Shown here: positions 45,299 through 54,766 of the stretch, piece after piece
Layout: every line of letters starts with the position of its first letter
Position numbering within the stretch: the stretch's first letter is position 1
NCBI GenBank assembly: GCA_049325275.1
Contig: JBMOLU010000001.1
Span: forward strand, 509,830-573,829
Source of the DNA: Chloroflexota bacterium
Lineage (GTDB): Bacteria > Chloroflexota > Anaerolineae > Anaerolineales > UBA4823
Length of the DNA: 64,000 bases
Direction of reading: 5' to 3'
Notes under the pieces: model-generated
Database searches by the model: none
Told to the model about the DNA's origin: nothing
What the model saw: only the letters and a program-made list of their open reading frames with translations
Translations under genes and position numbers: made by a program

Positions 45299-47278
45299 AT
45301 GCGTGCTTTTGCGTCTTTTTTGAGTGTAGTCGTCATCCTGGGGGGATTGATTCTCGCGCGGCCGACGCATGTCAGCCCTTTCAACCCCTGGTTTTTGGTT
45401 TTGTTTGCCGGCGCGGCTGCTGTGTTCGTCTTTGCACGGTTTTACCGGTGGCCAGTTCACCGCAGCAGGTTTCTGCTTCGACAACCGTTGTCACTCCCAT
45501 CCACGTGGGGTTGGATCGCCGCGGGGTTGATCTTTTCGAGCATGGCCGTGGGCGCCATGCTATGGTTCGAAAAGAACAATTACGTCAGCTATCTTTCGGT
45601 GATCATCATCTGGCTTACCGGAACGGCTTGCTGCCTGAGCGCATTTCTCGGCAGCATCTGCCTTCCGGCCAGCTGGCGTTCCTGGTTCAAGGCTCATGCC
45701 GGCGCGTGGCTGGGTGTAGGCGGCGTGATGCTGCTGGCTTTCCTGCTGCGTTTCTACGAGCTGGGCAATACCCCGCGGGTAATCAACGGCGACGAAGGCT
45801 GGGTCGGCATGACAGCGCTGGCGACGGTTCACCATCCGTATGCCAATCCTTTCGCGCTCTGGGAAAATTTCGGCACGATCTACTTGCAAATCATGAACGC
45901 CCTGTTCAACATGTTGGGGGCCACACCGTTCAGCCTGCGTCTATTGCCGGCCATCGGCGGCGTGATGGCGATCCCGGCCACCTATCTTTTGGGGCGCCAG
46001 GTCGCCAACCACCGCATCGGTTTGCTGGCCGCCGCTTTGTTAGCCGTCTTGCACAGCCACATCCATTTCAGCCGCACGGTGGCCGTCATGTACATCCAGG
46101 ACACGTGGTTGATACCGCTCGAACTCTACCTTTTGTTGAGCGGGGTGCAGAAACGGCGCCCGTGGCGCGTGGCGCTGGCAGGCATCGTGCTGGGTTTTCA
46201 CTTCCACGTCTATTTGACGGCGCAGTTGATGACCGGCGTGATCTTCATCTACTGGCTGCTCCTATTGCTCACGCAGCGCGGCCAGCGTAAACCGATCCTC
46301 AAACTATCGCTGGTCTTTAGCGTCAGCCTGGCAACGGTGATCCTGCCTCACATGGTGTATGCGCTCCAGCACCGGGGCGCATACCTGGAACGACTCAGCA
46401 AAGAAGGCACCTTCAACTCCGGCTGGCTTGCCAGTGAAGTCATCATCCGAGGAGAAAGCCCCGTTCGTATTCTCTCCGAGCGTGTCCTGCACGTCTTTCT
46501 GTCGTTGTTTCATTACCCGGCCTCGGACTTCTACGGCACGCCCATGCCCATGCTCGCCCTATTCGTCGCAACCCTGCTCATTCTGGGGCTGGGCATCGCG
46601 CTGTGGAAAACGCGCGCTTTGGGCTATCTCTTGCTCAACGGCTATTTTTGGGGTGTGATCGTGAGCGTCGGAATCCTGGCGGTCCCACCTTCTGCGGACA
46701 CCTACCGCATCCTGGCCGCTTTTCCGGCGGTGACGATCCTGGCCGCCACGGCGCTGGATCATTTGCTGGGAACACTTGGCCTGGGATGGGAGCAGAACCG
46801 CAAGGGCTTTGTTGGGGCAAGCGGGCTTTTCCTGGCCGGCGTCGCACTTCTCAACCTGTGGATCTACTTTTTCGATTTCGCCGGTCACTGCCGCTACGCG
46901 GATGATATTTCGGGGCGCTTCGCCTCTTACCTGGGCAATTACCTGCGTACGCTGCCCCGCGAGCAGAAAGTGTACATTTTGAGCGACGACATCTTCGTCC
47001 TGGGCGCCTATCGCTCGGTAGATTTTTTAAGCGGGAGCAAGCCTGTCATCGACTTCCCCGACCCGATCAGCCAGCTGGCGCTGGTGCCCGGTGAGATGGT
47101 CATTGCCAACCCGAATCGCATCCAGGAGTTATGGGATTGGGTGCACGAACATCCCGGCGGCGAACTGCACATGGAATACGACTGCCGCCAGGAGATTTTG
47201 CTCTCTTACCGGCTCCCATTTTCCGAGGGCTGGCAAATTCTCCCCTCGGATAGAGACTCTCTCGACGCGCAGCCATGA
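45299..47278 (+). CDS. GT-C fold polyprenyl-phosphate-sugar-dependent glycosyltransferase (ArnT/PMT-like, 659 aa)
   Basis: At least 12 hydrophobic helices. RFYELGNTPRVINGDEGWVG resembles the first periplasmic loop (DE motif) of GT39/GT83 enzymes. There is a soluble C-terminal domain. Confidence 0.7.
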   Translation: MRAFASFLSVVVILGGLILARPTHVSPFNPWFLVLFAGAAAVFVFARFYRWPVHRSRFLLRQPLSLPSTWGWIAAGLIFSSMAVGAMLWFEKNNYVSYLSVIIIWLTGTACCLSAFLGSICLPASWRSWFKAHAGAWLGVGGVMLLAFLLRFYELGNTPRVINGDEGWVGMTALATVHHPYANPFALWENFGTIYLQIMNALFNMLGATPFSLRLLPAIGGVMAIPATYLLGRQVANHRIGLLAAALLAVLHSHIHFSRTVAVMYIQDTWLIPLELYLLLSGVQKRRPWRVALAGIVLGFHFHVYLTAQLMTGVIFIYWLLLLLTQRGQRKPILKLSLVFSVSLATVILPHMVYALQHRGAYLERLSKEGTFNSGWLASEVIIRGESPVRILSERVLHVFLSLFHYPASDFYGTPMPMLALFVATLLILGLGIALWKTRALGYLLLNGYFWGVIVSVGILAVPPSADTYRILAAFPAVTILAATALDHLLGTLGLGWEQNRKGFVGASGLFLAGVALLNLWIYFFDFAGHCRYADDISGRFASYLGNYLRTLPREQKVYILSDDIFVLGAYRSVDFLSGSKPVIDFPDPISQLALVPGEMVIANPNRIQELWDWVHEHPGGELHMEYDCRQEILLSYRLPFSEGWQILPSDRDSLDAQP

Positions 47279-48048
47279 ACCCTGAAGAATACGCCATCAT
47301 GTACCATGTCGAAGACCGGCACTGGTGGTATCAAGGTATGGAACAAATCTCACGCCGTTTGCTCGAGGCCTGCTGCGCCCGCTCACGCCCGTGGCGCATC
47401 CTGGATGCCGGCTGCGGTACCGGCGCGGCCAGCGCGGGCTTTTTGGCCGATTATGGGCGCGTGACCGCTTTCGACCTGATGGCCGAGGCGCTGCGCTTTT
47501 GCCGCCAACGCCGGTTGGAACGGCTGGCGCAGGCTTCAGTCACGGCGCTTCCTTTTGCGGGCCAGTCGTTCGACCTGGTGGCCAGCTTCGACGTCTTGTG
47601 CGAGCGCTCGATTTCCGACGACCGCCTGCCGTTGAACGAATTCTGGCGCGTGCTGCGGCCTGGCGGGCTGCTGCTGCTGCGCCTGCCGGCGCTGGACTGG
47701 CTGCGCGGCGAACACGATGAAGCCGTGCACATTGCCCGGCGCTACACCCGGCAGCAGTTGCACAACCGTTTGCAGGATGCCGGCTTTGCCGTCGGACGCC
47801 TGGCCTATGCCAATACTTTTCTGCTGCCGTTCGTGCTATCGAAGCGTTGGGCCGATCGCCTGCTGGCCGTCCTACGCCCGGCTAGCAGGCCGGTATCTGA
47901 CCTGACCTTGCCCACCGGCCCGCTCAACCCGGTCTTGCGCGCCATCCTGGCAGCCGAGGCGCGCTGGGTGGTGCGCGGCAGCCTGCCGTTGGGGGTCAGC
48001 GTGTTTGCCGTTGCCCAAAAAGCACAGGCGAAGGAGAGACCGGCGTGA
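47275..48048 (+). CDS. Class I SAM-dependent methyltransferase
   Basis: Carries ILDAGCGTGAAS and has ATGA overlap with the upstream gene. Confidence 0.75.
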   Translation: MNPEEYAIMYHVEDRHWWYQGMEQISRRLLEACCARSRPWRILDAGCGTGAASAGFLADYGRVTAFDLMAEALRFCRQRRLERLAQASVTALPFAGQSFDLVASFDVLCERSISDDRLPLNEFWRVLRPGGLLLLRLPALDWLRGEHDEAVHIARRYTRQQLHNRLQDAGFAVGRLAYANTFLLPFVLSKRWADRLLAVLRPASRPVSDLTLPTGPLNPVLRAILAAEARWVVRGSLPLGVSVFAVAQKAQAKERPA

Positions 48049-48758
48049 CGGCAACAAAATTATCTGGCCTGAGCGTTTTCTTCCCCGCCTACAACGACGG
48101 CGGCACCATTCCCAGCATGGTGCTGGCGGCGCAGATCGCAGCCCGCGCGCTCACACCCAATTACGAGATCATCGTCGTCAACGATGGCAGCCAGGACTAC
48201 ACGCCCCAGGTTTTACACGAACTGCAAGGTCTGGTGCCCGACTTGCGGGTGATCACGCACCCCAAGAACCGCGGCTACGGAGCAGCCCTGCGCACCGGTT
48301 TTGCCGCCGCCACCAAGGAATGGATTTTCTACACCGACGGCGACGCCCAGTACAATCCACTGCAATTGTCGCGCCTGGTGGATGCTTGGCACACGGATGT
48401 AGATGTGGTCAACGGGTACAAAACGGCCCGCCACGACCCCTTGATCCGGATCGTGCTGGGAGAAATCTACAACCGCCTGGTCAAACTGGCCTTTGGCATC
48501 CGCCTGAAAGATGTAGACTGCGACTTCCGCCTGATGCGGCGCAGCATTTTCGATACCCTGCAACTCGAAAGCGACACGGGATCGATTTGCGTGGAGATGA
48601 TCAAAAAAATGCAGGACGCCGGGTTTATCTTTGCCGAAGCGCCGGTAGACCACGCATATCGGCAGTACGGCATCTCGCAGTTTTTCAACTGGCGGCGCCT
48701 GCTACGTACAGGCCGTCATTTGCTGGTGCTGTGGTATCGCCTGGTTCTCAAAAGATAA
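48045..48758 (+). CDS. GT2 polyprenyl-phosphate glycosyltransferase (ArnC/DPM1-like)
   Basis: GTG start overlapping the upstream stop. Carries LSVFFPAYNDGGTI, VVNDGSQD and YTDGDAQY (DxD). Confidence 0.8.
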   Translation: MTATKLSGLSVFFPAYNDGGTIPSMVLAAQIAARALTPNYEIIVVNDGSQDYTPQVLHELQGLVPDLRVITHPKNRGYGAALRTGFAAATKEWIFYTDGDAQYNPLQLSRLVDAWHTDVDVVNGYKTARHDPLIRIVLGEIYNRLVKLAFGIRLKDVDCDFRLMRRSIFDTLQLESDTGSICVEMIKKMQDAGFIFAEAPVDHAYRQYGISQFFNWRRLLRTGRHLLVLWYRLVLKR

Positions 48759-48773
48759 GTCCGAAAACACGTC

Positions 48774-49790
48774 ATGGATCGAAAACGACACTTTGAACGA
48801 AAGCGCGTCTTAATTACCGGCGGGCTTGGTTTTATCGGCAGCCACCTGGCGCGGCGCCTCGCCGAATGGGGAGCACACGTGCTGATCGTCGACGCCATGC
48901 TGCCCAACACGGGGGGCAACTGGTTCAACCTGGAAGGCATTCGCAGCGACGTCCAGGTACAGATCGCCGATTTACGGGAGCATTCGGTGGTCAACGAGAT
49001 GGTAGGTGGGCAAGATTTTCTCTTCAACCTGGCCGGGCAAACGAGCCATGTCGAAAGTATGCTGGCCCCGGAAACCGATCTCGCCATCAACGCCGGCATC
49101 CAACTGGCCATCGTCGAGGCCTGCCGCAAGTTCAACCCATCGATCAAAATCGTCTACGCCAGCACACGCCAGGTTTACGGGCAAGCCCGTTCTTTGCCGG
49201 TGAATGAGGAACATCCAATCGTTCCGATGGATTTTAATGGGGTAAGCAAGCGCGCCGGCGAGATGTATCACCTGGTCGGTCACCGCGTGTATGGATTACA
49301 CGCGACCAGCCTGCGCCTGACCAACACGTATGGCCCCCATCTGCGCTGTAAAGACGCCCGCCAGACCTTCATCGGCTGGTGGGTGCGCTGCCTGCTGGAA
49401 GGAAAGCCGATTCCCGTTTACGGCGCCGGCCGGCAACTGCGTGACCTGAACTACGTGGAGGATGTTGTAGACGCCTTCCTCCGTATCGCCATCCATCCCC
49501 AGGCCCCCGGGCAGGCCTACAACCTGGGAGGCGAAACGCCCATCTGTCTGCTTGAACTGGCGCGCCTGATGATCGCCGTTCACGGCGGCGGCAGTTACGA
49601 AATCATACCCTTTCCCGAGAACCGCCGCCGCATCGATATCGGCGATTATCACGGCGACTACGCAAAAATTCAGGCGGCGGTGAACTGGCAGCCGCAGATC
49701 GCTTTACGCAGCGGTCTGGAGCGTACCCTGGCTTTTTATGCGCAACACAAAGCGCACTATTGGGAAGCAAACGATGCTGCCTTTCCTTGA
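48774..49790 (+). CDS. NAD-dependent epimerase/dehydratase family protein with a non-canonical active site
   Basis: Carries VLITGGLGFIGSHLA. The usual YxxxK is NGVSK here, in the context PMDFNGVSKRAGE. Confidence 0.75.
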   Translation: MDRKRHFERKRVLITGGLGFIGSHLARRLAEWGAHVLIVDAMLPNTGGNWFNLEGIRSDVQVQIADLREHSVVNEMVGGQDFLFNLAGQTSHVESMLAPETDLAINAGIQLAIVEACRKFNPSIKIVYASTRQVYGQARSLPVNEEHPIVPMDFNGVSKRAGEMYHLVGHRVYGLHATSLRLTNTYGPHLRCKDARQTFIGWWVRCLLEGKPIPVYGAGRQLRDLNYVEDVVDAFLRIAIHPQAPGQAYNLGGETPICLLELARLMIAVHGGGSYEIIPFPENRRRIDIGDYHGDYAKIQAAVNWQPQIALRSGLERTLAFYAQHKAHYWEANDAAFP

Positions 49791-50895
49791 TTTGCAACAG
49801 CAAACACAGCAGTTACGGGGCGAAATCGAGGCGGCCATTGCCGGCGTGCTCGACCGGGGGATGTTTATTCTAGGCGACGAGGTACGGGCTTTCGAAAATG
49901 AATTTGCCGCCGCATGTGGCGTGGGCCATGCCGCCGGCGTCGCTTCAGGCACCGACGCCCTGCAGCTCGCCCTGCGCGCCCTGGGGGTTGGCCCCGGCGA
50001 CGAGGTGATTACCGTTTCGCATACCGCGGTAGCCACTGTTGCCGCAATTGAACTGGTGGGCGCCCGCCCGGTATTCGTGGACATCGATCGGCAGCGCTAT
50101 ACACTGGCACCCGAAGGCCTGCCGGCCGCGTATACGCCACACACCCGGGCGATTATCCCCGTCCATCTTTACGGCTGCCCGGCCGATCTAGACCCCATCC
50201 TGCACTTCGCCCGGCGCCACGCCTTATGGATCGTAGAAGATTGCGCACAGGCGCACGGCGCCCAATACCACGGCCGGCCGATCGGCAGTTGGGGCCATGC
50301 TGCGGCGTTCAGCTTCTACCCGACCAAGAATCTGGGCGCACTAGGTGACGGCGGCGCCGTTGTCACCAACGACCCAGCTCTGGCGGATCGCATTCGCCTC
50401 CTGCGACGCCACGGCTGGCAGCCGCGTTACATCAGCCAGGAAAAAGGTATGAACAGTTGCCTGGATGAGTTACAAGCGGCGATCCTGCGGGTCAAGTTAC
50501 GCCATTTGTCCCAATGGAACGCCCAACGCCGCCGCCTGGCGCGGCGTTACACGCACTATTTGTGTGACGACAACTTGAACCTGCCGGTAGAGCCGGATGG
50601 GTGCCGCCACGTTTATCACCAGTACGTCATCCGCCACGACCGACGAGACGCCCTGCGAGATTTTCTCGAGGCGCAAGGGATCGGGACACTCGTTCATTAC
50701 CCGGTGCCCGTTCACCTGCAACCGGCCTATCGTAGCCTGGGCTACCGAGAAGGCAGCCTGCCCGTCAGCGAAGCCGCCGCACGTCAGGTGCTTTCGCTGC
50801 CAATTTACCCGGGACTACACGCAGCAAACGTCCAGCGCGTTTGCCGGGCGATCGTTGCATTCGCGGGGACAGCGCAAAAGCGGCGGCAGGGGTGA
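49774..50895 (+). CDS. DegT/DnrJ/EryC1/StrS family sugar aminotransferase (ArnB-like)
   Basis: Carries LGDEVRAFENEFA and the PLP lysine in FSFYPTKNLGALGDGG. I placed the start at ATG 49774, which overlaps the upstream gene by 17 nt. Confidence 0.85.
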   Translation: MLPFLDLQQQTQQLRGEIEAAIAGVLDRGMFILGDEVRAFENEFAAACGVGHAAGVASGTDALQLALRALGVGPGDEVITVSHTAVATVAAIELVGARPVFVDIDRQRYTLAPEGLPAAYTPHTRAIIPVHLYGCPADLDPILHFARRHALWIVEDCAQAHGAQYHGRPIGSWGHAAAFSFYPTKNLGALGDGGAVVTNDPALADRIRLLRRHGWQPRYISQEKGMNSCLDELQAAILRVKLRHLSQWNAQRRRLARRYTHYLCDDNLNLPVEPDGCRHVYHQYVIRHDRRDALRDFLEAQGIGTLVHYPVPVHLQPAYRSLGYREGSLPVSEAAARQVLSLPIYPGLHAANVQRVCRAIVAFAGTAQKRRQG

Positions 50896-50994
50896 GCCCA
50901 CCGGTTCGCCCTCGACAGGTGTCCGGCAGGTTTGCGTTACACGCTGCGTGTACCGGCGTGAAAGAGCCGACAAAGATCGGTTAGAATCGACGCC

Positions 50995-52350
50995 ATGAAA
51001 CGATTCCTTTTGCTTGCCGCAGGTGCTTGTGCGCTGCTCGTGCTGTTCACCTGGTTCCAGAAAAAGATCGTCCTCGTCGTGGAGGATCATCCCCAAAGCC
51101 TGACCACTTTCTCGCTGACGGTTGGCGGCGCACTGCGGGCGGCGCACATCCCCCTGGGGGCAGCCGACCAGGTCGATCCGCCGCCGGATGCCTGGCTGTC
51201 CGAAGGGCAAACCATCCGTGTAGACCGCGCCGCGGCCGTGCAAATCAACATCGAGGGGCAGGCAACCGGTTTCATCAGCACCGCCCGCCGCCCGATCGAA
51301 CTCCTGGCAGAGGCCGGTATCGATCTGCAACCCGGTGATGCGCTCCTTGCCAGCGGCCTGCCCGTGGAGGCGCAAGCGTTGCTCCCTCAGGCCGAAACCT
51401 ACAGCCTGCAAATCGTCCGGCTCAAAACGCTCACTCTCAACGCCGGCGCAGGGCAGACGGTTACGTCGACTGCCGCCACAGTGGGACAGGCTTTATGGGA
51501 AGCCGGTATCCGTCTGCGTGCGACAGACCATCTGACGGCTTCTTCGAGCACGCCCCTACTCGATGGGCTGGCCGTCGAATGGACACCGGCGCGACCCATA
51601 ACCATCCTGACCGCTGCGGGCAAGCTGCACCGGTACACTGCCGCCGGGAGCGTGGGCGAGGCCCTCGCCGAGGCCGGGCTGGCCCCGCAGGGACTCGATT
51701 ACGCCATCCCCCCCGTCGGCGACGCCATTCCTGCCGGCGGAACAATCCGGCTGGTGCGCCTGCATGAAGAAGTGCTGATCGAGCAAACCACGCTGCCCTT
51801 TGGCACCGAGTTGCAACCGGTAGACGATCTCGAACTGGACCAACGCCAGTTGGTGCGCCCCGGCGAGTACGGCATCCAGGCCAGCCGCGTGCGTGTGCGC
51901 TACGAAGACGGGCAAGAAATCGGGCGCGTGGTCGAAAGCGAATGGCAGGCGCAGGCGCCTGTCGACGAGATCGTCGGCTACGGCACAAAGATCGTCATGC
52001 ACACCCTCGAAACCCCCGACGGCACAATTACTTACTACCGCGCCTTGCAATTTTGGGCCACGGCGTATGCCCCCAAGTACGTCGGCGGCAGCACGCGTAC
52101 GGCGAGCGGCAAGACGCTGCGCAAGGGGCTCGTCGGGGTGGACACCAGCTACATCCCTTACGGAACGCTGATGTACGTCCCCGGTTACGGCTTCGCCGAA
52201 GCCGCCGACACCGGGCGTATCGTCGGGCGCTGGATCGACCTGGGGTACAGCGACGACGATTTCGAAGGCTGGCACCAATGGGTGACCGTTTATTTCCTCT
52301 GGCCGCCGGGCTATGTCGCGCCGGTGATCCCACCGCCGTCTCACTATTAG
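50995..52350 (+). CDS. YabE/RpfB-like cell-wall protein (N-terminal TM, DUF348 repeats, G5 domain, C-terminal 3D domain)
   Basis: TM segment LLLAAGACALLVLF. Repeated modules of about 50 aa with ...TVGEAL.EAGI... The C-terminus ATAYAPKYVGGSTRTASGKTLRKGLVGVDTSYIPYGTLMYVPGYGFAEAADTG is a 3D domain. Confidence 0.7.
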   Translation: MKRFLLLAAGACALLVLFTWFQKKIVLVVEDHPQSLTTFSLTVGGALRAAHIPLGAADQVDPPPDAWLSEGQTIRVDRAAAVQINIEGQATGFISTARRPIELLAEAGIDLQPGDALLASGLPVEAQALLPQAETYSLQIVRLKTLTLNAGAGQTVTSTAATVGQALWEAGIRLRATDHLTASSSTPLLDGLAVEWTPARPITILTAAGKLHRYTAAGSVGEALAEAGLAPQGLDYAIPPVGDAIPAGGTIRLVRLHEEVLIEQTTLPFGTELQPVDDLELDQRQLVRPGEYGIQASRVRVRYEDGQEIGRVVESEWQAQAPVDEIVGYGTKIVMHTLETPDGTITYYRALQFWATAYAPKYVGGSTRTASGKTLRKGLVGVDTSYIPYGTLMYVPGYGFAEAADTGRIVGRWIDLGYSDDDFEGWHQWVTVYFLWPPGYVAPVIPPPSHY

Positions 52351-52377
52351 CGCCGTTTTCCGGCCCGAGTTCCCAAG

Positions 52378-53220
52378 ATGACCGATGCATCGTTCCCCCC
52401 TCTGCATGTCCCTACCCTGCTGCGCCAATACGGTTTACGCCCCGACAAGAGCCTGGGACAGAACTTCCTGGTAGACGAGCACGCCCTGCGCCGCGTGGTC
52501 GAAACCGCCGGCATCACTTCCCAGGATGACGTGCTCGAGATCGGCCCCGGCCTGGGCAGCCTGACGCGCCGCCTGTGCGCGGCGGCCCGCCAAGTCGTAG
52601 CGGTGGAACTGGATGCCGATCTGCTCGCAGCGCTACAAGACGTACTGGCGCCCTGGAAAAACGTGCGCGTGGTGCAAGGCGATATCCTCGAAGTTTCGCC
52701 GGGGGAGCTTTTCGAACGCTCAGGTTACAAGGTCGTCGCCAACATTCCCTACTACATCACCTCGGCCGTCATTCGCCACTTGCTCGAAGCGCCGGTTCGC
52801 CCGGCGCACATCGTGCTGACAGTGCAACAGGAAGTGGCCGAACGCATCGTCGCCGCCGATGGCGCGATGAGCATCCTCGCCCTGAGCGTGCAGGTATACG
52901 GCCGTCCGTCGGTGGCCGCGCGCATCCCTGCCGGCGCGTTTTATCCGCCGCCCAAAGTCGATTCGGCGGTACTTCGTATCGATCTCCATGCTGAACCGTT
53001 GATCCCACCCGAGCGCCTCGACGCTTTCTTCCGCCTGGTCAAGGCCGGCTTCGGCCAGAAGCGCAAGACGCTGCGCAATGCCCTGGCAGGTGGATTACAC
53101 ATCACGGGCCAGGAAGCAGAAGCTCTGTTGACGGCCGGAGCGATCGATCCCCGCCGGCGCGCCGAAACATTAGATTTTGCCGAGTGGCAGCGCCTGACCG
53201 GTGTTTTTCACACCAGGTGA
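52378..53220 (+). CDS. rsmA: 16S rRNA (adenine1518/1519-N6)-dimethyltransferase
   Basis: Carries LGQNFLVD, VLEIGPGLGSLT and ANIPYYITS. Confidence 0.9.
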   Translation: MTDASFPPLHVPTLLRQYGLRPDKSLGQNFLVDEHALRRVVETAGITSQDDVLEIGPGLGSLTRRLCAAARQVVAVELDADLLAALQDVLAPWKNVRVVQGDILEVSPGELFERSGYKVVANIPYYITSAVIRHLLEAPVRPAHIVLTVQQEVAERIVAADGAMSILALSVQVYGRPSVAARIPAGAFYPPPKVDSAVLRIDLHAEPLIPPERLDAFFRLVKAGFGQKRKTLRNALAGGLHITGQEAEALLTAGAIDPRRRAETLDFAEWQRLTGVFHTR

Positions 53221-53846
53221 AAACTCTTGCGATGCACGGCAGAAGGCCCAAACTCGGCAATCATGCGGCGGTGTGCCGATGTACCGTATCCCTTGTGGGT
53301 GGCAAAGCCATACGCAGGAAACTGCATATCCAACGTCCGCATGGATGCGTCACGCGCCGTTTTTGCCAGGATGGAGGCGGCAGCAATGCTCAACGAACGG
53401 CAGTCGCCTTTGATCAGTGAAGTTTGGGGGACAGGGACTTCCGGCAAGAAGATACAGTCTAGCAACAAGTGATCGCTGAGCAAAACCAGCGAGTCGATGG
53501 CACGCTGCATGGCAAGCCGGGTGGCAGGAACGATCCCCCAGGCGTCGATTTCCTGGCTGCTCGCAAAACCTATCCCGTGCGCGCGGGCCACCTGACGGAT
53601 TTTTTCGGCCCACGTGTCCCGTCCGGCAGGAGTCAGCCGTTTCGAGTCGTCCACCCCGTGCAAGGCCGTTAAGACCTGTTCGTCGGCGGGCAAAATGACG
53701 GCCGCCGCAGCAACCGGCCCGGCCAGGGCGCCGCGCCCCGCCTCGTCTATCCCGCAAACGTGAAGCCATCCGGCCTGCCAGAGCGGCTGCTCGAAGCAAA
53801 GATCGGGACGTCTGGGCAGCAAGCTGCGGTCAAAGCGGGCGGTCAT
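53208..53846 (-). CDS. rnhB: Ribonuclease HII
   Basis: Carries GIDEAGRGALAGPV, DSKRL and ASILAK. Confidence 0.9.
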   Translation of the reverse strand: MTARFDRSLLPRRPDLCFEQPLWQAGWLHVCGIDEAGRGALAGPVAAAAVILPADEQVLTALHGVDDSKRLTPAGRDTWAEKIRQVARAHGIGFASSQEIDAWGIVPATRLAMQRAIDSLVLLSDHLLLDCIFLPEVPVPQTSLIKGDCRSLSIAAASILAKTARDASMRTLDMQFPAYGFATHKGYGTSAHRRMIAEFGPSAVHRKSFHLV

Positions 53847-54555
53847 ACACGCCCCGCAGCCCGTTCCAGCGGATGGTCAGCAGGTCCAGGAACATGCGCA
53901 GCGAATCGTGCAGCACGCGGATTTTGCTGTCGGCATTGAAGTACCACGGGATGCCGATCTCGACGATGCAGTATCCCCGTCGCCGGGCAATGTACAGCAG
54001 CTCCACATCGAACGACCATCCGGTAAGCGTCTGGCGGAGAAAAAGTTCGTGGGTCGCCTGTGCGCTAAAGCACTTGAAGCCGCACTGGGTATCCTGCAAG
54101 CCCGGAAGGGCCAGGATGCGAATAATCGTATTGTAGACGCGTCCGACGAAGTGGCGGTAGGGGGGTTCGTCGTAGCGCACTGCGCCGGGGCCTTCGCGCG
54201 AGGCGATGGCCACGTGACAACCGTCAATGGCGGGGGGCAAAAAACGGTTGATTTCCTCGATAGGCATCGAAAGGTCGACGTCGCACATGAAGCGGTAGTC
54301 GCCCGCTGCCGCCAACATACCGGCGCGCACGGCCAGGCCTTTGCCGCGTTGCCGGTTTTGCAGCACGTGCAGCGCCGGGTAGCGCCGGGCATATTCCTGG
54401 GCGATCGCCAGGGTGTGGTCCTGGCTGCCGTTTTCGACGACGATCACTTCCGCTTCGTAGCTTTGTGTTTGAAGGAATGCAAAAATCCGGTCGAGTGTGC
54501 CTGGCAGGCGTTTTTCCTCATTGTGGGCAGGGAGTATGATGGAGAGCAGAGGCAT
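53830..54555 (-). CDS. GT2 family glycosyltransferase (dolichyl/polyprenyl-phosphate beta-glucosyltransferase-like)
   Basis: Carries LSIILPAHNEE, VVENGSQD and CDVDLS (DxD). Confidence 0.8.
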   Translation of the reverse strand: MPLLSIILPAHNEEKRLPGTLDRIFAFLQTQSYEAEVIVVENGSQDHTLAIAQEYARRYPALHVLQNRQRGKGLAVRAGMLAAAGDYRFMCDVDLSMPIEEINRFLPPAIDGCHVAIASREGPGAVRYDEPPYRHFVGRVYNTIIRILALPGLQDTQCGFKCFSAQATHELFLRQTLTGWSFDVELLYIARRRGYCIVEIGIPWYFNADSKIRVLHDSLRMFLDLLTIRWNGLRGVYDRPL

Positions 54556-54706
54556 AAAAGAAAACCACTTTCACGAGAGAGATTCGAACACAAGAACATC
54601 ACTTCTGTTTTGTAGTGAGTGAAAAGTTTGCCAAGAGAATACATTCAAAACCGGCCAACCACTCAACTGCGGCGCATCAAAGCGGCCAAAAGCCGGTAAC
54701 CTGGCC

Positions 54707-54766
54707 AGCAGCCTGTCGGAGAAGACTTCGGAAGCCTTAACGTGGGATCTCTCCGACACCCTGCTA
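54707..54766. repeat. Second copy of the palindromic repeat family seen at 11130-11245
   Basis: agcag-cct-gtcggaga...cttcggaag...tctccgac-acc-ctgct has an 8-bp inner stem (54715-54722 with 54750-57) and a 5-bp outer stem. It shares agcagcctgYcggagaagRcttcggaag with the first locus. Confidence 0.55.
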
